Below, piece by piece: positions 38,918 through 49,159 of a DNA stretch of 64,000 nt. Numbering within the stretch: the first letter of the stretch is position 1; the number at the start of each line of letters is the position of its first letter. The position numbers were made by a program, and so were the translations under genes. The notes under the pieces are model-generated. The model was not told the DNA's origin and did not search any database. It saw nothing but the letters and a program-made list of their open reading frames with translations. The stretch comes from Candidatus Poribacteria bacterium (GTDB lineage Bacteria > Poribacteria > WGA-4E > WGA-3G): the NCBI GenBank assembly GCA_965242965.1, contig OZ251518.1, positions 2,496,001-2,560,000 on the forward strand, given 5' to 3'.

Positions 38918-40060
38918 TTATGGCATATCAGGTGGAACAGGCAGATGCGCTACGACCCCTGCATGGTCTGACGGCCAGATACCCGAAGGAAGCATCTCTC
39001 CCTGTTTATCTCCCACCGTGTGCGTTACCACGGGACCGGCGAGCTTATAATTCCGCACGAAAACCTGATCGATGCGATAAGACAACCCACTCTCCATATT
39101 CCCAAGCCCAGCGGCTTGACAACAGGTATTCCCAGTAACACCCGCCTCCATCTGCCATACGTCAACGTATCCCGCCGATAACAGCATCTGGTAGGCAGTG
39201 CCATCGGGTGCCGCCGTGTTAAAATCGCCTAGTAAGATGATAGGCAAGGTTTCATCCTGAAGCAGCGTTATCAACTCCTGCGCTTGCGCAACCCGAATCG
39301 GTTCACCGAACGCCTCTAGGTGCGTATTAACAACGCGATAGGTAACCCCGCCAACCGTCGCATCTATCGCGACGTAACCTCTCGGCACTTCCAGCAGGAG
39401 CGTCTCAATAGAGAGCGCGTTCATAAAGTGCGCGCTTTCCACGCGTGAGACGATGACATCGCTGCGCGTGAGAATCACATCGGAGTCAGTCAGTCGCGCG
39501 TCGTCAATCCCGTTGTCAGTGAACATCGGCATCTCAATATCAATGTTTTCGACTTTAGCGGCGACCTGATAACTCAAACCTTCCGCTTGTAGCGCGTCCA
39601 TCAAAATTTGCTGAAAATCAAGGACGACCTCTTCCGCCTGCACTTCGCCGCCGGCAATTCGATCTCCCGGGGACTGCCGCCTCACCAAGGATACCTCTTG
39701 TAAGCCGACGATATGCGGTTGCGATGCCTTGATAGACTTGGCAATCGACGCGGCGCGAGACGGAAAATCAGAAGCGATAACGCCGTTATACATGTTAGCG
39801 ACTTCTGTCGGCACCTGGAGCAGGTTCGTTGTCGCCAAAAGCGGGTCTGCACTCGCGCCGACGTAGACGTTGTAAGTCATCACCGACAGTTGTTCCACTT
39901 CGGGGGCATCAACAGGCGGTGCGATGACGGTATCGGTTATTTTCTCGCATCCCGAAAGGAGAGCGAGAATGATTAAAAGGGAAAAAACCATTTGCGAGGG
40001 AAAGGCACTCGCGCTACGGTAACGTGTTGCTGTTCTGAGTTTTGGCATATTTATCTCCAA
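38918..40060 (-). CDS. Endonuclease/exonuclease/phosphatase family lipoprotein
   Basis: Lipobox LSGC; VMTYNV, VGLQEV, NTHLE, LGDFN, RIDQVF, PSDHAGV. Start uncertain. Confidence 0.88.
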   Translation of the reverse strand: MEINMPKLRTATRYRSASAFPSQMVFSLLIILALLSGCEKITDTVIAPPVDAPEVEQLSVMTYNVYVGASADPLLATTNLLQVPTEVANMYNGVIASDFPSRAASIAKSIKASQPHIVGLQEVSLVRRQSPGDRIAGGEVQAEEVVLDFQQILMDALQAEGLSYQVAAKVENIDIEMPMFTDNGIDDARLTDSDVILTRSDVIVSRVESAHFMNALSIETLLLEVPRGYVAIDATVGGVTYRVVNTHLEAFGEPIRVAQAQELITLLQDETLPIILLGDFNTAAPDGTAYQMLLSAGYVDVWQMEAGVTGNTCCQAAGLGNMESGLSYRIDQVFVRNYKLAGPVVTHTVGDKQGEMLPSGIWPSDHAGVVAHLPVPPDMP

Positions 40061-40075
40061 ATGCGTTGAGTGGGA

Positions 40076-41458
40076 TTATTGCACGCGTTGCGCATACAAA
40101 AACTCCCCCTCCATCGCGGTTAATTTGACGCGTAAAATGTCGTTAATCCACGTCTCTGGCCCTGTTTTTGGCCCTGTTTTTGTCGATGAATCCGACGTAT
40201 CCACGAGGACACGCAGATAGTTATCCGTAAAACCGGTGAGATGATTTTGCGCTTTGCCTTCCCGGCTGTCTTCCACGAGCAGTTCTGCGTGTTTTCCGAG
40301 CATCCGCCGCCGAAATGCCGTGCCGAGCCGCTCGCCTAACTGAATCATCGCGCGACTGCGCGCCGCGGAAACGTGCGGAGAAACCGCGTCTTCGTAGGTG
40401 GCAGCCGGTGTGCCTTTGCGCGGCGAATACCGAAACACATGCAACTGACTGAAGCCGATCTGTTCCACAAATCGGAGCGAGGTTTCAAAATCTACCTCGG
40501 TCTCACCGGGGAATCCTACCATGATGTCAGTCGTCATCCCGACATCATCGGTAAAGAGTGTGCGCAGTTTCTCAACGAGGTGTGCGAACTGCGCGGTGGT
40601 ATAACGGCGACGCATCCGCCGCAAGATGTTATCGGAACCAGATTGCAGCGGGAGATGGAAGTGCGGCATGCACTTCGGCAACGCAGCCATCCGTTCGGCG
40701 AGGATATCCGGAAAATACATCGGTTCAATTGAACTGAACCGGATGCGCGCGATGCCTTCGATTCCGTGAATCTGTTCCAAGATGTCGGCGATATTTTTGT
40801 CTCTACCCGTGTCCAATCCGTAAGCACCGAGGTGCACACCGGTAATGACGATTTCCTTAATGCCGTTATCGGCGATGCGGCGCGCTTCCTCAACGATGTC
40901 AGCAAGTGGCCGGCTCGTCATGCGGCCCCGCACATAAGGAATGATGCAGTAGGTGCAGAAGGCACTGCATCCATCTTGCACCTTGATGAGGGCGCGCGTC
41001 CGTTTCCCTGCACTACTCACGCCGCTGCTGAAACGCGCATGTTCGCGAACGGCATCGTGTTGCACCGGTTGAAGAGGGAGGAGCGTTTTCGGTGTTGTGG
41101 GCAGGCGTGGCATTTCAGCGTCTAACGCGTCTAGATACGTCTGAAAATCGGCTTTTTCGCGGTTGCCGAAGACGCAGGTTACGCCGGGGATTTGCTCAAT
41201 CGCACCCCGGTCGCTTTCGGCGTAACACCCTGTGACAAGCACTTTAGCATCCGGATTCTCGCGGAGGGCACGCCGAATTACCTGGCGTGCCTTCTGGTCC
41301 GCCGCATTGGTGACAGTGCAGGTATTGATAAGATAGAGATCGGCGCGAGGGGTGTCCTCAACGACGGTGTAGCCGTTGTGGAGGAGCGTCTCCTGCATCG
41401 ACTGCGTATCGTATTGGTTCACCTTGCATCCCATCGTAATGAGTTTAACTGTCTTCAT
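40076..41458 (-). CDS. mtaB: tRNA t6A37 methylthiotransferase MtaB
   Basis: TMGCKVNQYD, INTCTVT, VTGCYA, KVQDGCSAFCTYC radical SAM motif, F.YSPRKGTPAA. Confidence 0.92.
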   Translation of the reverse strand: MKTVKLITMGCKVNQYDTQSMQETLLHNGYTVVEDTPRADLYLINTCTVTNAADQKARQVIRRALRENPDAKVLVTGCYAESDRGAIEQIPGVTCVFGNREKADFQTYLDALDAEMPRLPTTPKTLLPLQPVQHDAVREHARFSSGVSSAGKRTRALIKVQDGCSAFCTYCIIPYVRGRMTSRPLADIVEEARRIADNGIKEIVITGVHLGAYGLDTGRDKNIADILEQIHGIEGIARIRFSSIEPMYFPDILAERMAALPKCMPHFHLPLQSGSDNILRRMRRRYTTAQFAHLVEKLRTLFTDDVGMTTDIMVGFPGETEVDFETSLRFVEQIGFSQLHVFRYSPRKGTPAATYEDAVSPHVSAARSRAMIQLGERLGTAFRRRMLGKHAELLVEDSREGKAQNHLTGFTDNYLRVLVDTSDSSTKTGPKTGPETWINDILRVKLTAMEGEFLYAQRVQ

Positions 41459-41504
41459 TTCTTTGTTGTTCCTAGCGGTTGTTCGAGGTTTGATGTGCCG
41501 CCTA

Positions 41505-42320
41505 TTAGTAATATTCATAAGCGACAGCGGCGACAGCGGCAATCGCGGCGGTTTCTGTCCGCAAGATATTTTGTCCGAGTGTTACAGGAATGCATCCGTT
41601 TTCAATAGCGGCGTTCACTTCTTCCACCACAAACCCGCCTTCCGGTCCGACGAAAATTGAGATGGTTTCAGGTTTAGGCGAGTCCAAACTGTTCTGTGCC
41701 TGTCCTTCGCGCTTTTCACGTGGCGCGAGATATTTTTCTGTCTTTGCTCCCTCGCCATGCCTCAACACCGTTTTGATGTGTTGTTCCGTTACAGATTCGC
41801 AGCAGATGAGACTGCGCGTAAACCGTTTGACTTGCGCGAGGCACGCCTCAAACTGTTGGGGACCTGACAATTCGGGCAGCCAAGCACGTTTGCACTGTTT
41901 CGTTGCAGAGACAACGACGCGCTGCCACCGTTCACACCGTTGCTGACTCGGTTTCTGCAACGAACGTTCCGAATGCATCGGGATTATCTGTGTCACACCG
42001 AGTTCTGTCGTCTTTTGCAGAATGAGTTCCATTTTATCGTGCTTTGGCACTCCCTGAAAAAGCGTGAGCGAAGGCAAACGCGGGGTGTGAAATTCAGCGG
42101 ACAGAATCTCTGCCTGCGTAGTATCCGCCATCGCTGTATCAAGCACCTTCGCGATATAGACAGTGCCTTTGCCATCAATCAGACGGATGTTTTCCCCCGT
42201 TCGGATGCGGCGCACATTTCGGAGATGGTGATGCTCATCGCCTGTTATCATCGCGATGCCTCCATCAAACTGCGTGGGCGGAACGTAAGACGTGTGCATT
42301 CGTTTCTCTGTTATGTTCAC
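41505..42320 (-). CDS. rsmE: 16S rRNA m3U1498 methyltransferase RsmE
   Basis: HHLRNVRR, QKTTELGV, VGPEGGF, LGQNILRTETA. Confidence 0.93.
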   Translation of the reverse strand: MNITEKRMHTSYVPPTQFDGGIAMITGDEHHHLRNVRRIRTGENIRLIDGKGTVYIAKVLDTAMADTTQAEILSAEFHTPRLPSLTLFQGVPKHDKMELILQKTTELGVTQIIPMHSERSLQKPSQQRCERWQRVVVSATKQCKRAWLPELSGPQQFEACLAQVKRFTRSLICCESVTEQHIKTVLRHGEGAKTEKYLAPREKREGQAQNSLDSPKPETISIFVGPEGGFVVEEVNAAIENGCIPVTLGQNILRTETAAIAAVAAVAYEYY

Positions 42321-42339
42321 GGGCGGCTTGAACGATCCG

Positions 42340-43017
42340 CTAGGAACAACAAAAACACGCTTGCCGCAATTGCTTAATGACCTTTTCCGGATGCGGACTT
42401 CTGAAAATAGCCGTGCCTGCGACGAGGATCGTCGCGCCGCGCTGCACGGCGAGTGGTGCTATTTCGGTTGTTACGCCGCCATCAGCAGAAATCTCAACGT
42501 CCAAGTTTTGTTTGTCAATCCTTTGCCGCAAGCGCGCTATTTTTTCAAGCGCGCTCGGTTGAAACGTTTGTCCACCGCGTCCCGGCTCAACGCTCATCGG
42601 TAGCACGAGCGCAATACGTGAGAGATAGGGGAAAACCGCATCAACCGATATCCCCGGTGATAAAGCCACGCCTGCCTTGATACCGTGCGCTTGAATTGCC
42701 GAGATGACAGTTTCCGGTGCATCGGCACTTTCGATATGGAACGTAATCATATCCGCACCCGCTGTTGCAAGCGCGTCAATATAACGAAGTGGGCGCGTTA
42801 CCATGAGATGGACATCAAAAGGCACATCTGTCGTCTTGCGGAGCGCGGCGATAGTCATGGGACTGATAGCGAAATAGGGAACGAATTCGCCGTCCATGAC
42901 ATCAAAATGGAGCAGATTTGCCCCGGCCGCGACTATCCGCGTCACCTCTTCACCGAATCGGGTGAAATCGGATGCCAGCATCGAAGGTGCAATTTTCGCA
43001 ATGCGTTCAATATGCAT
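42340..43017 (-). CDS. rpe: Ribulose-phosphate 3-epimerase
   Basis: IAPSML, HFDVMDGEFVP, DVHLM, MSVEPG.GGQ, DGGV, VAGTAIF. Confidence 0.95.
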   Translation of the reverse strand: MHIERIAKIAPSMLASDFTRFGEEVTRIVAAGANLLHFDVMDGEFVPYFAISPMTIAALRKTTDVPFDVHLMVTRPLRYIDALATAGADMITFHIESADAPETVISAIQAHGIKAGVALSPGISVDAVFPYLSRIALVLPMSVEPGRGGQTFQPSALEKIARLRQRIDKQNLDVEISADGGVTTEIAPLAVQRGATILVAGTAIFRSPHPEKVIKQLRQACFCCS

Positions 43018-43054
43018 AATAGGTGCAAGAGTAAGCCGTCATCAACATCCCTGT

Positions 43055-43290
43055 TCTTGCTGGAAATCCCGCTCAATCTTGGAAATCCGAGCAGGATTAT
43101 CACGGTCACGCCTGTCAAGACAATCAGGTTTTCCTGATTGTCCCTCTTCCAAGATTTCACAGGATTAGGTCGCTGGGGCACCGGACACCGTTTTGGCAGC
43201 CCCCCGCGGTCTCGGTGCATCAGAAACCTAGCATCTTGCTAATCTTGCTCAATCTTGGAAATCCTGCTCAATCTTGGAAATCCTGCTCAG
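43055..43290. repeat. aatc(c/t)tg-type 9-mer short tandem repeats
   Basis: aatcttgctcaatcttggaaatcctgctc repeated; also at 44780-44925. Confidence 0.75.
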
Positions 43291-44766
43291 AAATAAGTCT
43301 GTTCGCCGCCGTAATGCCGTTCCGCCTTTGGACGTTCGTCTACCTGCCACGGCAAGGTGATAGGCAGCGTGCCATCCGCAAAATAGGCATCCGTTATCTG
43401 CCAAAACTGCAGGCGCGGGTAGTGCTTACCGTTATGCTCCAGCGTGCCTGCCGCTTCGGCGAGATTTCGCATGCCGCGCGTCACCGGATGCAACGTGATG
43501 AAAATGCCGAGGGCGGCATCGTTATCTTGCATCGCCGTTCGGAAGGCGCGCACCTGATTCGGGTTCAAACTCCTCCCGGATTTTACCTCGGCGATGACAG
43601 GCAGTTGCGTCTGCGTCGCCTCGGCGAGGTGATGATTCTCCCAAAGCACCACCTTCCCACTGCCGTCAAACCCGCCATCGTTGGTATTGGACGTAGGCGA
43701 AAGCCCGAGTCGGGTGACGGCCCAGTTGGCGAAATCATGCGGATTCTGCTCGGCGAGGAGGATGGCATCCTGCCATGTCCCCGGATACCCCTCAATGGTA
43801 TAATCCACCTTTGGACGAAGCCCGTGACGTTCGCGCAGCCGACGCTCCATCGGTTCTAACGCAAGCACCGTCAAGTCAATGCCAACCCAGTGCCGCTTGA
43901 GGCCGTGGGCGGCATCTAACGCTGTGCCACAGCCACAAAACGGATCGAAGACAATGTCGCCGGGGTTCGTGGAGGCTTTGATGATGCGTTCCAACAGCGC
44001 GAGCGGCTTCTGTGTCGGATAAATTCGCTCCGGGGACCAGGTCTGCAATGAATTAATATCTGTCCACCAGTCTGGCATCGTCGCTCCCCGTTCCAAATCT
44101 CGCACCTTGCCATCGATGCTCGTTCCGCCTCGACTTGATACCAACTTACGGCTGGCCTCAGAATAAGGAACATATTGCTTGTTGAACACGTTCCCCTTGC
44201 CTTTAGCGTAGAAGAGTATGATGTCATGCTTACGAGCGAAAGCGTTCTTAGGCACACCCCCGCCTCTATAACACCAAATAATCTCGTTTCGGCAATTCGT
44301 CGCGCCGAAAATCGTATCCATCATCACTTTCAAATAGTGACTCGCGTGCGGATCGCAGTGCAGATACACACTCCCGCTCGGTGTTAGCAACCGCCAAATC
44401 TCCGCCAAGCGCGGTGCCATGAAGGCGAGATACGCGCGCATCGATTCTGCATCGCTGATTGGGTTAGACCCCCCCCTTCAAAATATTGTCAAAACCACTT
44501 AAACACGCCGCTAAGTTGTCCATCGTCTCGACAAGTTCCGGGTGTCTGCCATCGTAATGGAGCACGGCCGCCTGATTGTGGCGCGCCGCATCGTCCCATC
44601 GCCAGATGTCGTCAAACGCCTTGCGTTGCGCTTTGGAGGCGGCGAGGAAAATGTTGTAGTTGCGGCCGCTGTTGAACGGCGGATCGAGATAACAGATGTG
44701 ATAACTGCCTGTCTGCATCTCGCGCATGACATTGAGGTTATCACCAAAATAGAGTGCGTTTTTCAT
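43287..44766 (-). CDS. Beta-class N6/N4 DNA methyltransferase with C-terminal Mrr-like domain, copy 2; split by +1 frameshift at G8 tract (44469-44476)
   Basis: GDNL..YLDPPF in 44464-44766; YPTQKP, DPFCGCGT, DGGFDG..EVKSG in 43287-44441. G7 fuses the two frames (KGGSNPISDAESMRAY). Confidence 0.88.
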
Positions 44767-44925
44767 ATTTTCGTTAGCCTGAATCCCGGAAATCTTGGGA
44801 ATCTTGAAAATCCTGCTCAGAAATCCATCTTAACGAAGGGAAAAAGAGACATGGTTATCAACGAAATCCCTCATCCTGGAAAGCTTGGGAATCTTGAAAA
44901 TCCTGCTCAATCTTGGAAATCCCGC

Positions 44926-46402
44926 TCAAAAATAAGTCTGCTCGCCGCCGTAATGCCGTTCCGCCTTTGGACGTTCGTCCACCTGCCACGGCAAGTGGAT
45001 AGGCAGCGTGCCATCCGCAAAATAGACATCCGTTATTTGCCAGAATTGCAGGCGCGGATAGTGCTTACCGTTATGCTCTAGCATGCCAGCGGCCTCGGCG
45101 AGGTTCCGCATGCCGCGCGTCACCGGATGCAGTGTGATGAAAATACCGAGGGCGGCCGCCGTATCCTGCATCGCCGTGCGGAAGGCGCGCACCTGATTCG
45201 GGTTCAAACTCCTCCCCGATTTTACCTCGGCGATGACAGGCAATTGCGTCTGCGTCGCCTCGGCGAGGTGATGATTCTCCCAAAGCACCACCTTCCCACT
45301 GCCATCAAACCCGCCATCGTTGGTATTGGACGTGGGCGAAAGCCCCAGGCGAGTCACTGCCCAATTGGCGAAATCGTGCGGATTCTGCTCGGCGAGGAGG
45401 ATGGCATCCTGCCATGTCCCCGGATACCCTTCAATGGTATAATCCACCTTTGGACGAAGCCCATGGCGTTCGCGCAGCCGACGCTCCATCGGTTCCAAAG
45501 CCAACACGGTTAAATCAATGCCAACCCAATGGCGTTGCAATCCATGCGCGGCATCTAACGCTGTGCCACAGCCACAAAACGGATCGAAGACAATGTCACC
45601 CGGTTTAGAGGAAGTTTTGATAATCCATTCCAAGAGCGCGAGCGGCTTCTGCGTCGGATAGCCGAGACGTTCTTTGGACATGGCATTCAGCGATGGCATG
45701 ACAAGCACGTCGTCAGGCGTTTTGCCTTTCGGCATCGCTTTGCCGGATTGCCCTCCCTTGGCGTATCGCCACTCTGTCATGCCGCTCTCAAAAGGCACAA
45801 GGATTTCATCGCGGTTGAAAGTGTAGTCCTTCGGCGATTTGCTATACCAGAGGAGGACATCGTGAGCCCTTGCGAGCCGCCGTTTGCCGCGCGAGGCATT
45901 TTTGTAATACCAGATAATTTCGTTCTGAAAGTTCACCGAACCGAAGATAACGTCCAGCATGCATTTCAGATAGTGACTCGCGTGCGGATCGCAGTGCAGA
46001 TACACACTCCCATTTGGCGTTAGCAGCCGCCAAATCTCTGCCAAGCGCGGTGCCATGAAGGCGAGATACGCAAGCATTGATTCAGTTTCACTTTGTCCTC
46101 TCGACCCCCCCCTTCAAAATTTGGTCAAAACCCGTTAAACAGTCTGACAAATTGTCCATGGTTTCAACGAGTTCAGGGTGCCGCCCATCGTAGTGAAGGA
46201 CAGATGCCTGATTTTCGCGCGCCGCGTCGTCCCACCGCCAGATGTCGTCAAACGCCTTGCGTTGCGCTTTTGAGCCGGCGAGGAAAATGTTGTAGTTGCG
46301 GCCGCTGTTAAACGGCGGATCGAGATAACAGATGTGATAACTGCCTGTCTGCATCTCGCGCATGACGTTGAGGTTATCGCCAAAATAGAGCGCGTTTTTC
46401 AT
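44926..46402 (-). CDS. Beta-class N6/N4 DNA methyltransferase with Mrr-like domain, copy 1; split by +1 frameshift at G8 tract (46105-46112)
   Basis: Same architecture as copy 2. G7 fuses the two frames (KGGSRGQSETESMLAY). Confidence 0.88.
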
Positions 46403-46441
46403 ATTTAGAACACCATAAAAACCGATAGGAACAACAAAAAA

Positions 46442-47419
46442 CTACTGATAGCGGACATCACGCAGTTTATTCTCATCTACGTAGATGCTCACCCGTGTGC
46501 TACCGAAAACCCGCACGCCTTGCTTCTCCAAGTCAATGACGGTGCCGGGGGCATATTTCCTGTCTACCACGGTGCGTTCGCCGTGTTCATCAACGACGAC
46601 GATACGGATGTGCCGCGACAGATTTCCTTCTTCGCTCACTTGATGCTTCAAGGGGAGTAGCCTGCCGATGTTTCTCGTGTTATCGCGCGTGCCGCTGACT
46701 TCCAATTGAACGATGCCGCCGCTTTGAACTAACTCGCCGGCTGCGGGTTTCTGCGTAATAATCCTCCCTTCCGGAATCTTCGGGTGCGGACTATATTGGA
46801 TGTCGGCGTGGAGCCCTGCTTCTTCTAGTTTTGGCATCACCTTACGTAGGGGTTGCGTGCGGAGATCTGGCAGCTGGATGCGCTGCGGCATCGCACCACG
46901 GCTGACCAGGAGGTTCACATCGCTGCCGCGCTGCTGCCCAACACCTTCCAGCGGCGTTTGCGCGATGACGGTGTCCGGCAGATACGCCGCCGAATGAACG
47001 TAGGCAACCCGATTCGGGCGAAACCCGGCGGCGGTGAGGGCAGCGCGCGCCTCATTCAAAGGTCTGCCGATAACTGAAATGACCGGGGCTAACTCAGCAC
47101 CGATGCTCACCGCAATTTCCACCGGCTGATAGGATTTTACCCGGAAGTTCGCCGGTGGATTTTGGGAGACGATTTCCCCTTTCGGCGCACTGTTACTTGC
47201 CTGCTGAATAGTCTCTGCCGGGCGCAACCCGGCTTCATCTAGCACGCGCACCGCCTCATAGTAGGTTTTTCCCGTGACGTTCGGGACAAGGACCTCTTCT
47301 GTGCGAACCCACCATGGAATCACGATGAGCACCGTCAGCAAGCCGACAATGCCGAGCACAATCAAGCAGTAGAGTGAGACTTTGAATATCGCAAATAAAG
47401 GGTTGTTGATGCCTTTCAT
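46442..47419 (-). CDS. PASTA-domain membrane protein
   Basis: N-terminal TM; three PASTA repeats (VPNVTG..A...L, SQNPPA, VSxG). Confidence 0.88.
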   Translation of the reverse strand: MKGINNPLFAIFKVSLYCLIVLGIVGLLTVLIVIPWWVRTEEVLVPNVTGKTYYEAVRVLDEAGLRPAETIQQASNSAPKGEIVSQNPPANFRVKSYQPVEIAVSIGAELAPVISVIGRPLNEARAALTAAGFRPNRVAYVHSAAYLPDTVIAQTPLEGVGQQRGSDVNLLVSRGAMPQRIQLPDLRTQPLRKVMPKLEEAGLHADIQYSPHPKIPEGRIITQKPAAGELVQSGGIVQLEVSGTRDNTRNIGRLLPLKHQVSEEGNLSRHIRIVVVDEHGERTVVDRKYAPGTVIDLEKQGVRVFGSTRVSIYVDENKLRDVRYQ

Positions 47420-47440
47420 TATTTTTTTGTAGAGGTTCCG

Positions 47441-48427
47441 TTATGGCGGAGGCAAAAATCTCTCGCCGGTTTTGAGTTGGTAACCGTTGACAAAATCGCG
47501 CGCGGCCATCGCTTTCTTCGTTGCAGGCTGAACTTGCAAGAGTTCAAGTGTTCCTTCACCTGTAGCGACGCGGAGCTGCCCTCTGCCCGTAATTTCAATC
47601 GTTCCGGGAATAGGGGACAAAGCCTGCGAGTCAAGAGTTTGTGGGGGACAGGCCCCCGCGCTACGGAGAGAACATGGTAGACAACGGAGAATCTTGAGCC
47701 GCAGATTCTCTCTGAAAAAGGCATACGCCCCCGGCCAGCCTTCGGTACCTCTCACAAGATTGTGAATAGCGGTGGCAGAACAATGCCAGTCGATGCATCC
47801 TGTCTCTTTTGTGAGGCGTGGTGCGCGCGTCGCTTCGTCGTGACGCTGCGGCGTTGCGGACGGCGGTGCAGCTGCCGGCATCTCTTTTAGCACCTTCAAC
47901 AACAGATTCGCGCCCAAGCACGCTAACTTCTCCATCAATGTGACAGCGGTATCCGCATCTTGAATCGGAATTCGTTCCGCACAGATAATATCACCGGTAT
48001 CCTCGCCTGCATCCAACAACATTAACGTGATGCCTGTCTCTGTCTCGCCATTAATAAGTGCCCATTGCACCGGGGCAGCCCCTCGGTATTTCGGCAGGAG
48101 CGACGGATGCAGGTTAATCGTGCCGCACGGCGGGATGTCTAACATTGATTGCGGTAGCAGCTGCCCGAAAGCGGCGACGACGATGACATCCGGCGCGAGC
48201 CGTTCCAGCGTTCGGATAAAACCGCGCTGCCGCACCTTTTCCGGTTGATAGAACGGCAGGTTGTGTTGTTCTGCGACTACCTTGACAGGTGGCGGCGTGA
48301 GCCGTTTGCCGCGGCCACTGCGCCGGTCTGGTTGCGTGACGATACCAATGAGTTCAGATTCGTGGGCAATGAGTGTTTTCAGTGCTGGCACTGCAAATTC
48401 ACTTGTGCCCATAAATACGATACGCAC
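47441..48427 (-). CDS. fmt: Methionyl-tRNA formyltransferase
   Basis: MRIVFMGT, TQPDR..GRG, NLHPSLLPKYRGAAP, DTGD. Confidence 0.95.
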   Translation of the reverse strand: MRIVFMGTSEFAVPALKTLIAHESELIGIVTQPDRRSGRGKRLTPPPVKVVAEQHNLPFYQPEKVRQRGFIRTLERLAPDVIVVAAFGQLLPQSMLDIPPCGTINLHPSLLPKYRGAAPVQWALINGETETGITLMLLDAGEDTGDIICAERIPIQDADTAVTLMEKLACLGANLLLKVLKEMPAAAPPSATPQRHDEATRAPRLTKETGCIDWHCSATAIHNLVRGTEGWPGAYAFFRENLRLKILRCLPCSLRSAGACPPQTLDSQALSPIPGTIEITGRGQLRVATGEGTLELLQVQPATKKAMAARDFVNGYQLKTGERFLPPP

Positions 48428-48495
48428 TTAGAAACTCCAGATTCGTTCAGTGTAGCCCCCGTTCTTGATTGCGTCGGGACTCTACCGGCTCAAAA

Positions 48496-49083
48496 TTAGA
48501 ACCGAATAAGCAGGATAGGCACTGCAACTCCCGCCGCCGGTTCATTTGCCCACCGATTGAGCCTATTTCCTGAAGGAACGAAAGGGATGGGTGTCCCTCG
48601 CGCTACGGTAATCGGGACATTATGAGGGAGACGCGCGACAGGGCCCTCTATCGGCTCGCCTTCTACCGGCTCGCCTTCTTCAGTCGGTGGCGATGGAGGT
48701 GGCGGTGGCGGTTCAGGCTCCGGAATGCGTGGGGCAGAAATGTCTACATCGCGCGTGCGCCACCAATCCCACACCCCGATGAACAACGATAAGGATGCCG
48801 CGCCGATGCCGATTATCCGATAATCCCGCGGCGACAACTCCGGCGCAATCTGATTTTCGCGATACATCTTGACACCGCGCACCACCAAATAACTTTGAAC
48901 GGCGGTAAATGGCACGGAACTCAGCGTGATAATTTCAAACCGACGCAGCGCGCTTTCGTGATAGGTTTCCGCGGGGCGCGCTTGCTGCTGTTGTCCTTCC
49001 GGCGGTGCCTGCTGCGCTTGCGCCGCCGGAAGTATTGAAAGAGTTAGGCTGAACGTTAATATCTGAACCGTTAATTTGAACAT
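48496..49083 (-). CDS. Hypothetical secreted/membrane protein with Pro-rich region
   Basis: Signal peptide from MFKLTV (GAGG RBS); ESALRRFEII.L.S.PF; TM. Confidence 0.65.
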   Translation of the reverse strand: MFKLTVQILTFSLTLSILPAAQAQQAPPEGQQQQARPAETYHESALRRFEIITLSSVPFTAVQSYLVVRGVKMYRENQIAPELSPRDYRIIGIGAASLSLFIGVWDWWRTRDVDISAPRIPEPEPPPPPPSPPTEEGEPVEGEPIEGPVARLPHNVPITVARGTPIPFVPSGNRLNRWANEPAAGVAVPILLIRF

Positions 49084-49159
49084 GGTTGCCTCGGCTCGCG
49101 AGGGACAGGCCCTCGCGCTTTGATATTTGGTATGAGGGAGATGTGCGGTACTCCCTCGC

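Noticed and set aside
44464-44766. Independent small gene (and 46088-46402)
   Set aside because: These are the N-terminal parts of the frameshifted methyltransferases.
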